From positions 1 to 51,418 of the IMG/VR virus record IMGVR_UViG_3300011416_000014: a stretch of 51,418 nucleotides of DNA. One strand, 5' to 3'. Both the position numbers and the translations under genes were made by a program. Positions 18,726 to 27,273 of the stretch are shown here, one piece after another (within the stretch, counting starts at the first letter, position 1; each line of letters opens with the position of its first letter). Origin of the DNA: a virus. Its lineage: Duplodnaviria; Caudoviricetes. The notes under the pieces are model-generated. The model had not been told where the DNA came from. It was given only the letters and a program-made list of their open reading frames with translations, and did no database searches.

Positions 18726-19586
18726 TCAAGCCTGCTGATCGTAGGTACGGACGGTCAACACCTTGCTGGTGTCGGACACACCGGAGTTGACTTCGGCCAC
18801 GCCGGTGAAGGCAAGGGTTGCGAACTCATCGCCGATGAGGGCGAAGTCACCCTCGGAAGCAACGCTGACCTTGTGGAACAGGTACTCGGTCTTCTGGCCC
18901 TCGTCGCACGCATTCTCCTGGATGAACAGGAGCGCTCCGGTCACGTCGTGCTCGGCCAGAGCGTTGACCTGATCGAGATCCTGCGGGGTGGTGGCCGCAG
19001 CGCTGAGGTTCAGAAGCGCCCCGTCTCCGTCGGCGATCAGGATCGAAGTCGGCAGGAAGCGGATCAGGCCCATGACCTCGTCGATTTCGTAGTCGACGCC
19101 TTCGACCAACAGCACGTCCGCCACGTCGTCCTTCTCCACGGTGTAGACCACGCCGGCTGCGTCCAGGTTGTAGACGCGCTGTTGAACGGCGTCAGCATTC
19201 TTCAGTTGATACCAGTTGCCGAGGTTCACGGCGGTGGAGATGACGGCGTCCACGAAGGTCGCGTCGTGCGCGTTGTCGTACAGTTCCTGGCTGCCCGAAA
19301 GGAACATAGCCAGGTTCTCGAAGTTGATCTCGTCGAGAATGAAGCTGACGCCTACTTCCTGGCTGATGGTGCAGCGCTTGTCGGTGATCTTCAGCCCGCT
19401 GCGGCTGGACTGGTGGCGGATGTCTTCCACCGCCACGGTGATGTTGAACTCGGTCGCGTTGCCGAGATCGCGGAAGCCTTCCGAGTCCGGCAAGCCGGCG
19501 GCGGTCAGCTGAGCGAGTCGCACGATACCCCGACCGAGTACGTAGTCCCGGGTGTTCGGGGCACCAGACGTGTTAGATCCGGGCAT
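18726..19586 (-). CDS. Major tail (tube) protein
   Basis: YVLGRG.V, FRDLGNATEF, HQSSRSGLK..D, LDEINFENLA.FL and EGDFALIGDEF are typical siphovirus tube motifs; SD AAGGAG. Confidence 0.85.
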   Translation of the reverse strand: MPGSNTSGAPNTRDYVLGRGIVRLAQLTAAGLPDSEGFRDLGNATEFNITVAVEDIRHQSSRSGLKITDKRCTISQEVGVSFILDEINFENLAMFLSGSQELYDNAHDATFVDAVISTAVNLGNWYQLKNADAVQQRVYNLDAAGVVYTVEKDDVADVLLVEGVDYEIDEVMGLIRFLPTSILIADGDGALLNLSAAATTPQDLDQVNALAEHDVTGALLFIQENACDEGQKTEYLFHKVSVASEGDFALIGDEFATLAFTGVAEVNSGVSDTSKVLTVRTYDQQA

Positions 19587-19598
19587 TGTGGGTCTCCT

Positions 19599-20033
19599 TT
19601 ACTGAGGGCAGATTTCCGCCACGAATCTGTACGTGGCCTGTGTCCCATTCGAAGCCCCGCCGCGCGGCGGGTGCTCGTATTCGGATTCTTCGAGGATCAT
19701 CATGACCTGGCGGAACACGCCGGTCGGTACATCTCGCGCGACGAAGAGGGGGTTCTCCATCAGCGTGGTTTCGAACTCTTCCAGGTTGGCCTCGACTCCG
19801 AATCGCAGGCGAAGCAACCAGGCCCAGCCAGCGCGGTCCTGACGATAGTCTCGGCCGTGTCGATTGTCCACAACGAAGGCACCCCGGATCTCGTTCGCCT
19901 CGACTGATTGAGGCAGGATGGGATCCCCCGCGGTGAGCAGAGAGGGGCGCTCCACTGAATAGATCGCCTGTGTGAACGTGCCAGCGGCGGCCGTTGTCAC
20001 CAGGAGATCATGGATGGCGGTCTTGTAGGACAT
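19599..20033 (-). CDS. Tail terminator/completion protein (positional)
   Basis: 144 aa, directly upstream of the tube gene; TGATG overlap. Confidence 0.6.
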   Translation of the reverse strand: MSYKTAIHDLLVTTAAAGTFTQAIYSVERPSLLTAGDPILPQSVEANEIRGAFVVDNRHGRDYRQDRAGWAWLLRLRFGVEANLEEFETTLMENPLFVARDVPTGVFRQVMMILEESEYEHPPRGGASNGTQATYRFVAEICPQ

Positions 20034-20590
20034 CAGCAAAGCCCGCTGCAGCTAGGGTCGTGCGGCCAACGTCGCGAGCGGCTCTTCAAGGACAGGCCGA
20101 TGGCAGGGGCCGGGCAGTCCGGCGTGCCGTCGTAAACCTGCATGTCGCAACCGCCATCGGCGTCATCGTCCTTGAGGACGATCAGGTCGGCCAGGATGTC
20201 GTTCTCGCAACGCAGCAGCGCCGCCTCAAGCTCGCCCTGTGAGTTTTCCCGTGTCGGGGCCTCCTCGTTCCAGCGATGGTCCACATCGCCCGAGGCGTCC
20301 ATGAACGTGTGGGGCAGCATCTCCATCAACAGGCACTTGACGATCTTGACCTCGACGACGTTGGCCCGTGCCCTCATCAGCTCGGGGTCGGTAGTTGGCT
20401 GTTCGGTGAAGGGGGTGGCGAGCAGCACGTTGACCCGGGCGATGCCCAGGAAAGCGTAGAGGCGCAGGCGGGCGCGCAAGATCGCTTCGTCGAAGATGGC
20501 CTCAGTGTCCAGAGCGGTAGCCGGCACGGCCGAAAGCCGCAACTTGGTCTTGAGGGTGGCTTCATCCGCAACGAACAGCGGCTGCGCCAT
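20033..20590 (-). CDS. Head-tail adaptor (positional)
   Basis: Helical 185-aa protein two genes after the major capsid gene; SD AGGAG. Confidence 0.6.
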   Translation of the reverse strand: MAQPLFVADEATLKTKLRLSAVPATALDTEAIFDEAILRARLRLYAFLGIARVNVLLATPFTEQPTTDPELMRARANVVEVKIVKCLLMEMLPHTFMDASGDVDHRWNEEAPTRENSQGELEAALLRCENDILADLIVLKDDDADGGCDMQVYDGTPDCPAPAIGLSLKSRSRRWPHDPSCSGLC

Positions 20591-20593
20591 GGG

Positions 20594-21133
20594 TTACTCC
20601 TGTGCCGCAGCATCGGCCCCGGCACGCGCTCTGGCGCGTTCCAAAGCCTGGTGGGAGGACTGAGACATCTCGCGCCCGCCGGCATCCTTGACCCCGTTGG
20701 GAGTCAGCGGAACCACGCCGGTGCGATCCGAGGCGACCGACAGTTGCTCGGCAAACCGGGGATCCCAGTCCCTGGTGAGCTGGCGCACGGCGTCCGCTTC
20801 GGTGGCGAGAAGGTTGGTGTCGAAGTCGGGGTCGATCTCCACGACGCGAATCAGCAGAGCTTCCAGGTTCTCTCCGAGCAGGGTGACAGGATCGACCACC
20901 CACTTGCCGCGGACTCGAACCCCATTGCTCATCTGAACCTGCTGGAGAGTGCCGGTCGGCGCGATTCGGCCGTCGGAAAGCAGCCGATCGATGTCGGCCT
21001 GAGAGAACACGTTCTCGGGCAGGATGTCGTTCTGCTGGACGAAGTCGTTGCGGGTGACGTGCTTGCGGGCCTTGTTGCCCCGCGGGAGCTGCACGCAGCC
21101 CCTCACGACTCGGTACAGGGTGTTCGCGCTCAT
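20594..21133 (-). CDS. Hypothetical virion-associated protein (MSANTLYRVV...)
   Basis: SD GGAGG; directly after the capsid gene; IDRLLSDGRIAP motif. Confidence 0.6.
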   Translation of the reverse strand: MSANTLYRVVRGCVQLPRGNKARKHVTRNDFVQQNDILPENVFSQADIDRLLSDGRIAPTGTLQQVQMSNGVRVRGKWVVDPVTLLGENLEALLIRVVEIDPDFDTNLLATEADAVRQLTRDWDPRFAEQLSVASDRTGVVPLTPNGVKDAGGREMSQSSHQALERARARAGADAAAQE

Positions 21134-21164
21134 GGTTGCCTCCGATGGTGCGAAAGGGAAAGCA

Positions 21165-21193
21165 GGGCCGGGGTCCACAGCGAACCCCGGCCC
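21165..21193 (-). terminator. Rho-independent terminator after the major capsid gene
   Basis: 10-bp stem GGGCCGGGGT/ACCCCGGCCC followed by TGCTTTCCCTTT on the - strand. Confidence 0.65.
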
Positions 21194-21202
21194 GAGGATG
21201 GA

Positions 21203-22261
21203 TCAGACGACCTTCATGCTCACGGAGGCGTCAGGACGACGCATGCACGGGAGCGGGTTGGACTCGACCAGCAGCAGACGGGCGCTGGGGTCCTCGACTT
21301 CCCAGGACTTCGAGAAGCGCTTGGACTGCAGCACTCGGCCGGCGCCGATCGCCCGCATGTCCTCGATCGCGCCGTAGTACGTCACGAACTGCGCGGCCGG
21401 GGTTGCGGCGAAGAACTCGGCATACTCAGGACGGATCAGGTCGACGGCAACGCCGTTGACCTCGACCTGGCGAGCATACCGCCACACGCGGATCCCGTGG
21501 ACATAGGTCCCCAGGAACATCGCGCCACTCTCGCTGAACTGGTTGGTGAGATCGATGCTGCCGGTGATGAGCCGACGCACGTCCAGAAGGGTAGTGACCT
21601 CGCTGGAGGCGTCCGCCAGGAAGGCGTCAGCCGCGTCGGCGCCCAGCACCACGTCGGTCGCGTTGAGCGACACGTCGTCGTTGATGAGCTGAGCCGCAGC
21701 GAGGAAGTCGGCGCGCGGCGAACTGGTGCTGGCGGTCCAGAGATCGGCGCCGGTCAGCACCACGTCGTGAGACGCGCTGCGGGGGAACGTGATCTTGAAG
21801 GACGCCTCATCCTCCACGGAATACTCGATGACGCCGCGGAGAGCGAGCGCGCACAGGTACTCCTCGGAGTTGAGAACGTCGTCTCCGAGCATGGCCAGCT
21901 CGCTGGCCATGTACTCGCGCATCGCAGCGCCGATCCCTGCGGCACCCGGGAAGATGACCGAGCCCGGGCGGCGCTTGTCGAGCAGCTCGCACGGGGTCAT
22001 CGGCCGCTTCACGCGGATGTGGGGCGGCTGCACGACCGCGAAGCCTTCGGTTCGGCCTTCGGTCATGATGGCCTCGCCGCAGCGCTCTACGAACGGCGCG
22101 ATCTTTCGACCACGCCGCAGGAAGGACAGCTCGATGTTCTTCGCCGGCACCGGAACGTCGCGACTGAAGAGCATGTTCTTCAGGAAGCTGTTGGGCGCCT
22201 TCATCTCGTTCACGGCGGGCGTCAGAGACGACCAGCTCAGAACGTCTGCACTGTTGGGCAT
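21203..22261 (-). CDS. Major capsid protein, lambda gpE-like
   Basis: LT.AVN..K.PNSFL...LF, IAPFV, P.IRVK, EYLCA.AL.G, LW and C-terminal W..EDPS....VESNPLP. Confidence 0.9.
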   Translation of the reverse strand: MPNSADVLSWSSLTPAVNEMKAPNSFLKNMLFSRDVPVPAKNIELSFLRRGRKIAPFVERCGEAIMTEGRTEGFAVVQPPHIRVKRPMTPCELLDKRRPGSVIFPGAAGIGAAMREYMASELAMLGDDVLNSEEYLCALALRGVIEYSVEDEASFKITFPRSASHDVVLTGADLWTASTSSPRADFLAAAQLINDDVSLNATDVVLGADAADAFLADASSEVTTLLDVRRLITGSIDLTNQFSESGAMFLGTYVHGIRVWRYARQVEVNGVAVDLIRPEYAEFFAATPAAQFVTYYGAIEDMRAIGAGRVLQSKRFSKSWEVEDPSARLLLVESNPLPCMRRPDASVSMKVV

Positions 22262-22299
22262 TGCAAGACTCCTGTTCTGTTGAGCGGGTACGCTCAGGA

Positions 22300-23049
22300 T
22301 TAGTGGACGCCGGGGACGCCGACGATGTCAAGACCGAGGGTGCGCAGGCGGTTGGTGTCCACCAGAGCGGCGGTCAGCTCGGCCTGAGATTCGTCGCTGC
22401 CTTCGAGCAGCGGGATGTCGTCATGATGGACCTGGCCGCGCCGCAGGATCTGCACAAGGCGCTCGCCGTCCTCAGAGGACTCGAACGCATGGCTCGGCGA
22501 CCAGAGGAAGCCGTCGATCTGATCGGTGCCGGCGCCGGAACCGTCCACGGTGTTCTCCATGGTATGGGCGGAGCCAACCAGGAGGGCGAAGTCCGCGCTC
22601 ATGCCGACCGGCAGACCTGCCAGCCCGCCAGTGAAGCTGATGGTAGCGGTGCCGCCGTCGGCAGCAAGCCCGCCGCCACCATCGACCACGCCGACACCGC
22701 CGGCAGGAACGATGGTGAGGGCCTCAAGGGCCGCGTCGATGGTGGCAGCCACAGCGTCATGCGCGATGGCAGCGGTGGTCTCGCCGAGGACGGTGAGGGT
22801 GAAGGTGCCGTCAGTGGCCGTCGGCGTGCCGGCAGTGATGACGTAGACCTCATTGACAACGTCCACGTCCCACGGAGACCACAGATCGCTGGTCTCATCG
22901 TAGGCGAGAGGAAGAAGGTGAGGAAGCTCGGGAGCGCCGACCAGGCCAGCCAGCTTGCCGGGGCGGATGCCGCTCTCGTAGGGGAAAGCGCGCAGGCTTG
23001 CAACCTGAGCGTTCTCGGGGCCGAACAGTTCGGGCGGGTCAAGTGCCAT
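22300..23049 (-). CDS. Head decoration protein with inserted domain
   Basis: Sits between protease and capsid (lambda D position); inserted NEVYVIT..TATDGTFTLT..GETTAAIAHDA module. Confidence 0.7.
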   Translation of the reverse strand: MALDPPELFGPENAQVASLRAFPYESGIRPGKLAGLVGAPELPHLLPLAYDETSDLWSPWDVDVVNEVYVITAGTPTATDGTFTLTVLGETTAAIAHDAVAATIDAALEALTIVPAGGVGVVDGGGGLAADGGTATISFTGGLAGLPVGMSADFALLVGSAHTMENTVDGSGAGTDQIDGFLWSPSHAFESSEDGERLVQILRRGQVHHDDIPLLEGSDESQAELTAALVDTNRLRTLGLDIVGVPGVH

Positions 23050-23088
23050 GTGTGTCGTTCTCCTTCGAGTTTGGTGTCAGGGGTTGGG

Positions 23089-23622
23089 TTAGCGCGCGGA
23101 GACGACCTTCATGCCGTTCGCGGTGCCGAGATGGGTGTTGATGAGGGCGCCGAGGGCCATGCCCTCTTCGTGGTTGGCCTTTGCCAGGAGATCGGCCTCA
23201 GTCTCGGCCTCGCCCTTGCGCTCGGGACCTGCGTTGGAGCGCTTCTGCGCCTTGAAGAGCTTCTCCTGCAGACCGCGGACTTCGGCGGAGTCGCCGTCCT
23301 TCGCGGGGATGCCGGCCTCGACGAGATCCTTCATGGTCGGCTTCACGGCGCCCAGGTTGGCACGCATCTGCGCCAGTTGGTCGGCGGTGAGAGTGCCGGC
23401 GACGATCGCCTTGCGCATCTCGTGCCGGCGCAGCTCGGTCTCGTAGGCCGCGAGGGCCTCGGGATCCAGCGGGTCGCCGGTGAACATCGGGGCCTCTACG
23501 GCCTTGGGTTGTTCGGCAGCCTTGGGCTCCGCAGGCTTCAGGCCGGCGAGAGCGCTCTTCAGCATCTCGACCAGCTCAGCCTTCTGTGCGGCCAGTGCTG
23601 CGGCCAGCTCTTCCTTCGTCAT
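23089..23622 (-). CDS. Scaffold protein from an internal in-frame start
   Basis: CAGGAGACCACC-ATG (MTKEELAAAL) in frame within the protease gene, as in lambda C/Nu3. Confidence 0.6.
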   Translation of the reverse strand: MTKEELAAALAAQKAELVEMLKSALAGLKPAEPKAAEQPKAVEAPMFTGDPLDPEALAAYETELRRHEMRKAIVAGTLTADQLAQMRANLGAVKPTMKDLVEAGIPAKDGDSAEVRGLQEKLFKAQKRSNAGPERKGEAETEADLLAKANHEEGMALGALINTHLGTANGMKVVSAR

Positions 23623-24177
23623 GGTGGTCTCCTGCACGCCGCCCAGACGAGCGGCCACACGTTGGGATGCGGCCTTGACATCGATCTGTTCGACGGCCGC
23701 GGTGCCGAACAAGCTGACTCCGTCCCACTCGCCGTTCCGGCGGGCTTCGCGGAGAGATGGGTCGTTGATCTGAATCTGCACTCCCCAGCCACCAGTCACG
23801 TCGACCGGCTTGCCGTCGTACTGCGGCCAGGCGTGAAAGCGGGTGTCGCCCTTCTGGATGATGAAGCTCTCGCTGACGAAGGCCGCGCTGCGGGGCAGCA
23901 CCTTGCCGTCGTGCTCGATGTCCAACTGAGCGCCCGACTCCATGAAGCTGTGGGCCATCGACTTGATGGCCTCGGCGGTGTCGGCAATGTCCCCGTCGGC
24001 GTCGGCCAGGCCCAGCGGGTAGGCCACGGCGAGCAGCGAGCCCTCCACCGCGGCGTCTTCCTTCACCAGGAGAGCCCACTCGGCCGAACCGTCGGCCTTG
24101 AAGAGGGTGGCCAGGCCGTTCTTGCCGCGCCGGCACAGGGCGAGGCGCTTCACCGTCGCGGACTTGATTCGGCGCAT
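23089..24177 (-). CDS. Prohead protease (XkdF-like) fused to scaffold
   Basis: VAYP...DADGD, AHSFM, DIEHD, VSESFI, GGW and GEWDGVSLFG; helical C-terminal half. Confidence 0.85.
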   Translation of the reverse strand: MRRIKSATVKRLALCRRGKNGLATLFKADGSAEWALLVKEDAAVEGSLLAVAYPLGLADADGDIADTAEAIKSMAHSFMESGAQLDIEHDGKVLPRSAAFVSESFIIQKGDTRFHAWPQYDGKPVDVTGGWGVQIQINDPSLREARRNGEWDGVSLFGTAAVEQIDVKAASQRVAARLGGVQETTMTKEELAAALAAQKAELVEMLKSALAGLKPAEPKAAEQPKAVEAPMFTGDPLDPEALAAYETELRRHEMRKAIVAGTLTADQLAQMRANLGAVKPTMKDLVEAGIPAKDGDSAEVRGLQEKLFKAQKRSNAGPERKGEAETEADLLAKANHEEGMALGALINTHLGTANGMKVVSAR

Positions 24178-24340
24178 GGCTCGCTCCCTGCTTGACTGGT
24201 GGCCGACCCTGGGCTACACGAGGACAGCCGCGCCTCCCGGACAGAGGCAACGGACCGCGACAATCTTGCGACAGACGGCATTCCCGCAGGACGGTTTGGC
24301 ATGGTGCCGGAGGACAACTCGACAGGTCGGGAGGATTTGG

Positions 24341-24370
24341 GCTGCCAAATTGGCAGCATGCTGGTATAGT
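24341..24370 (+). promoter_or_regulatory. Putative portal promoter overlapped by a 17-bp palindrome (operator-like)
   Basis: CTGCCA-N17-TATAGT with TG extension; GCTGCCAA-A-TTGGCAGC inverted repeat at 24341-24357. Confidence 0.5.
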
Positions 24371-24441
24371 AGCGCAGGATGACCGGGGTCGTCCAGCGAA
24401 AAACCTGGATTTTTCTTACCACTCAACGAGGAAACCTCCCC

Positions 24442-25965
24442 ATGGCCGACGGCGCCGAGGCGGAAATGAAGGTCATCAGCAGCTACCGCACCAGCCAGGA
24501 CATTCACGGCGGGGCCGGGTCCAAGCTGTTCGTCATCCTGAAGAAGGCGGTCGCCGACAGCGTGCGGACACCGACCAACGCTGGCGTCGGCGTAGGCATG
24601 AAGTCCCATCTGATGGACAAGATGGTCGCCAGGGAGTTGCGGGACTTCAACGCCACGCACGCGATCTGCCTGGACGCGAAGAAGGCCGCCTCGGTGGGCC
24701 TCGGACACCGCGAGCAGAAGATCCATGAAGTCCTGGACCCGCTGTGCAGGTTCCACTGGCAGGACGTGCTGGACGCCTCTGCGGAGGACTACTGGGAAGG
24801 CGGCGAGTGCTTCATCGAAGTGGCCTTCGGCGATGAGGACCCGCGCAAGGTGACGTTCCTCGGCCATCTCGACGCCTCTCAGGTTCACGTCGAGATCGAG
24901 AACGAGGACGACAGCGAGTTGTACCATTACATCGTGGACGGCGAAGGCGGCGAGAGCCAGACGCGCGTGATGGCGAAGTGGGGCGACCTCGCGGCGCTCA
25001 AGGCGAGGTTCGGCATTGGCGTGCAGCCGCAGCCCGACGGCAGCGCAGAGGGCGCAGATCCTATCCCGCTCGTCGCGCTGCGCAACGCGAACGAAGTGGT
25101 GCGCACGGGCACCACCGCGCTGGCCGGCGAGATCGTGGACAGCGAAGTGATCCACATCCGGCAGTCTACCAATCGCTCGCGGTACTACGGCTACCCGGAC
25201 TACATGAGCGCCGTGCCGTCGATCGAGCTGGTGCAGGTGATGACCCAGTTCGAGTTTGATTTCTTCTTCAACCGCGGCGTGCCGGAGTTTATGCTGTTCC
25301 TGCTCGGCAAAAATATCGGCCAGTGCTGGGACAAGATCGAAGCGATGATTAAGGCTGGTCACGGCCCGGGCAACTCGCACAAGACTGCAGCGCTGCACAT
25401 CCCGGGCAGCCCAGAAGAGACCAAGGTGCAGATCGAACGGCTCGGCATCGACGGCTCCGCTGACAATGGCTTCGCCGAGAAGTCCGCGCTGCTCGATATG
25501 CGAATCGCCACCGCTCACGGCATGCCCCCGCAGTTGGCGAACATCGCGCTGCCCGGCAAGATCGGCGCGGCCAACGAGGGACCGAACGCGATGCTGACCT
25601 TCCAGCAGCGCAAGCTCGGCCAGTGCCAGAAGAACTTCTCGCGGATGCTGGCGGTGACGTTGGGCGCGAAGGGTATCACGTTCGCGCAGCCGGAGGGTGC
25701 TGCAGCAAAGTTGTCTGCTGACCAGTTCCTCGGCAAGGGCGCCAAGCCGATGACCGACGACGGGGTGCCGCAGTTCGTGCAGCCTGGCAACGGCTTCAAC
25801 ACCATCCTGGACGGGATGACCCTCGGCGCCGCGAACACCCTGGCCAGCATGCGGGAGCCCATCGCCGGCTCCGCTCGCAACCCCGAGGACGGGCTGCTCG
25901 GCGGCGCGCGTGACCGCCCGGCCGGCGACCCGCGCTCCACCCGAAGGCCGGCGGCTGCGTCGTGA
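24442..25965 (+). CDS. Portal protein
   Basis: H..C...K....VGLG, DYW.GG.CFIEV, EVIHIR, YYGYPDY.SA, FF.NRG.PE, IATAHGMPPQL; SD GAGG. Confidence 0.9.
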   Translation: MADGAEAEMKVISSYRTSQDIHGGAGSKLFVILKKAVADSVRTPTNAGVGVGMKSHLMDKMVARELRDFNATHAICLDAKKAASVGLGHREQKIHEVLDPLCRFHWQDVLDASAEDYWEGGECFIEVAFGDEDPRKVTFLGHLDASQVHVEIENEDDSELYHYIVDGEGGESQTRVMAKWGDLAALKARFGIGVQPQPDGSAEGADPIPLVALRNANEVVRTGTTALAGEIVDSEVIHIRQSTNRSRYYGYPDYMSAVPSIELVQVMTQFEFDFFFNRGVPEFMLFLLGKNIGQCWDKIEAMIKAGHGPGNSHKTAALHIPGSPEETKVQIERLGIDGSADNGFAEKSALLDMRIATAHGMPPQLANIALPGKIGAANEGPNAMLTFQQRKLGQCQKNFSRMLAVTLGAKGITFAQPEGAAAKLSADQFLGKGAKPMTDDGVPQFVQPGNGFNTILDGMTLGAANTLASMREPIAGSARNPEDGLLGGARDRPAGDPRSTRRPAAAS

Positions 25966-26513
25966 TCGACGGGCGGATCATCATCCGCCGGTGCCTGGAA
26001 GAGCTGGGCCGGCGCGAGCTGGACCGGGTCCGCGGGATGATCGGCTCGAAGACCCTGCGCGAGGCGCTGCGACTGGTCGTCAACGCTAACCAGGAGCGGG
26101 CCGACCTGTTCATCCCGCACTACTGGGCCGTCTACTATCACGACGGGCGAGGTGGTTTCTCGCCGGTGAGCGCGCAGAAGCTGGTGTTCTTCGCCAACCC
26201 CAACGACGATCCACGCGGGCGCACGCCGGAGCGCGAAGCGCAGGTGCGCCGGCTGACCCGGGCGCAGTACCACGAGGGGCTGCGGATCAACCGCGAGCGT
26301 AGGGCCGCAGGACGCGAGCCCTTCATGTTCGTGGTGGACTCCGTCGGCCCGGCCGCGCCACACCCGTTCTTCGATCGACTGGAGAAGGGCGCAGCGAAGC
26401 GGGCCGACGGGGTAGTGCGCAGGATCTTCGAGCGCGAACTGCTACGGCAGCTAGATGTCGACCCCTTCACGCGGAGCGAGACCAGAGTCGCCAGCTTCCG
26501 GCTTCGGGGTTGA
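25962..26513 (+). CDS. HK97-gp10-like neck/tail-completion protein
   Basis: GTGA overlap with portal; YWAVYYHDGRG...P..AQKLVF...VGP..PHPFF resembles the gp10-like family pattern. Confidence 0.55.
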   Translation: MIDGRIIIRRCLEELGRRELDRVRGMIGSKTLREALRLVVNANQERADLFIPHYWAVYYHDGRGGFSPVSAQKLVFFANPNDDPRGRTPEREAQVRRLTRAQYHEGLRINRERRAAGREPFMFVVDSVGPAAPHPFFDRLEKGAAKRADGVVRRIFERELLRQLDVDPFTRSETRVASFRLRG

Positions 26514-26888
26514 GAAGGGGCGGTAGTACAGCCGCGTAGGGTCTTCAGGTGACGGCGCGCGGAACCTGTAGCCGGCAGGCCAGGGCATCTTGTCCGGATG
26601 CACTTGGACCGGCACAAGATCCAACGTCTGGAACAGGTCGCCCACAGTCCGCTGCCACACCGGCCTGTACCAGGCCATCAGGATCCACAGCCCAGCGTGG
26701 ATGCTGTTCAGCACGCCGGCCAGCGGGATGCCCAGGAAAAGGAAGTTGGTCGCGAAGATGTACAGGACGATGCCGTTGAGCGCGCTATTCCTGCGCGGCA
26801 CGGCGGTCAAGGGGTTCAGCAGCGACGACACGGTCAGCGAGATCATCACCAGGCTGCCGGCCGAGAAGACGATGTCGTGGACGTTCAT
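26451..26888 (-). CDS. Membrane protein (about 3 TM helices)
   Basis: MNVHDIVFSAGSLV... hydrophobic segments; ATGA overlap; 3' end overlaps the convergent gene. Confidence 0.55.
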   Translation of the reverse strand: MNVHDIVFSAGSLVMISLTVSSLLNPLTAVPRRNSALNGIVLYIFATNFLFLGIPLAGVLNSIHAGLWILMAWYRPVWQRTVGDLFQTLDLVPVQVHPDKMPWPAGYRFRAPSPEDPTRLYYRPFSTPKPEAGDSGLAPREGVDI

Positions 26889-27088
26889 CGTCGCGACACC
26901 TTGCCGTTGCGCTCCATGACTTCCTTGGCGACGGCCTTCGCGGCCTTGCCCTGCTTCCACCCGATCTGCCATTTCTTGATGAGATCGCTGCCCAGCCCGA
27001 AGTAGATCAGCACCAACATGCCGGGCAGAAGGAACAGGAACACGGGGACGGCCAGAACGGCCGCGATGCCTCTGAGTACGGTCTTCAC
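26885..27088 (-). CDS. Small membrane protein
   Basis: GTGA overlap, SD GGAGG, long hydrophobic stretch. Confidence 0.6.
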   Translation of the reverse strand: MKTVLRGIAAVLAVPVFLFLLPGMLVLIYFGLGSDLIKKWQIGWKQGKAAKAVAKEVMERNGKVSRR

Positions 27089-27273
27089 GAGTTGCGCCTC
27101 CGGTTGTCTTTGATCCATTCTTCACAGTTGAACGCAATGACCCTTGCGAGGACTCGTTCCTTGCGGTAGTCGCGGATCTTGTCTGAGATGAACATCAACA
27201 GCATCGACGTGATCGCGATAAAGATCAGCGCTTCGCTGAGATACAGCAGGATGAGATAGTAGGTGGGGATCAT
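27085..27273 (-). CDS. Small membrane protein (MIPTYYLILL...)
   Basis: ATGA overlap, SD GGAG, TM helix. Confidence 0.6.
   Translation of the reverse strand: MIPTYYLILLYLSEALIFIAITSMLLMFISDKIRDYRKERVLARVIAFNCEEWIKDNRRRNS

Noticed and set aside
24290-24370. Sigma54 promoter (TGGCA motifs) linked to the Fis-like HTH
   Set aside because: Neither TGGCA has the required GC at the -12 spacing.
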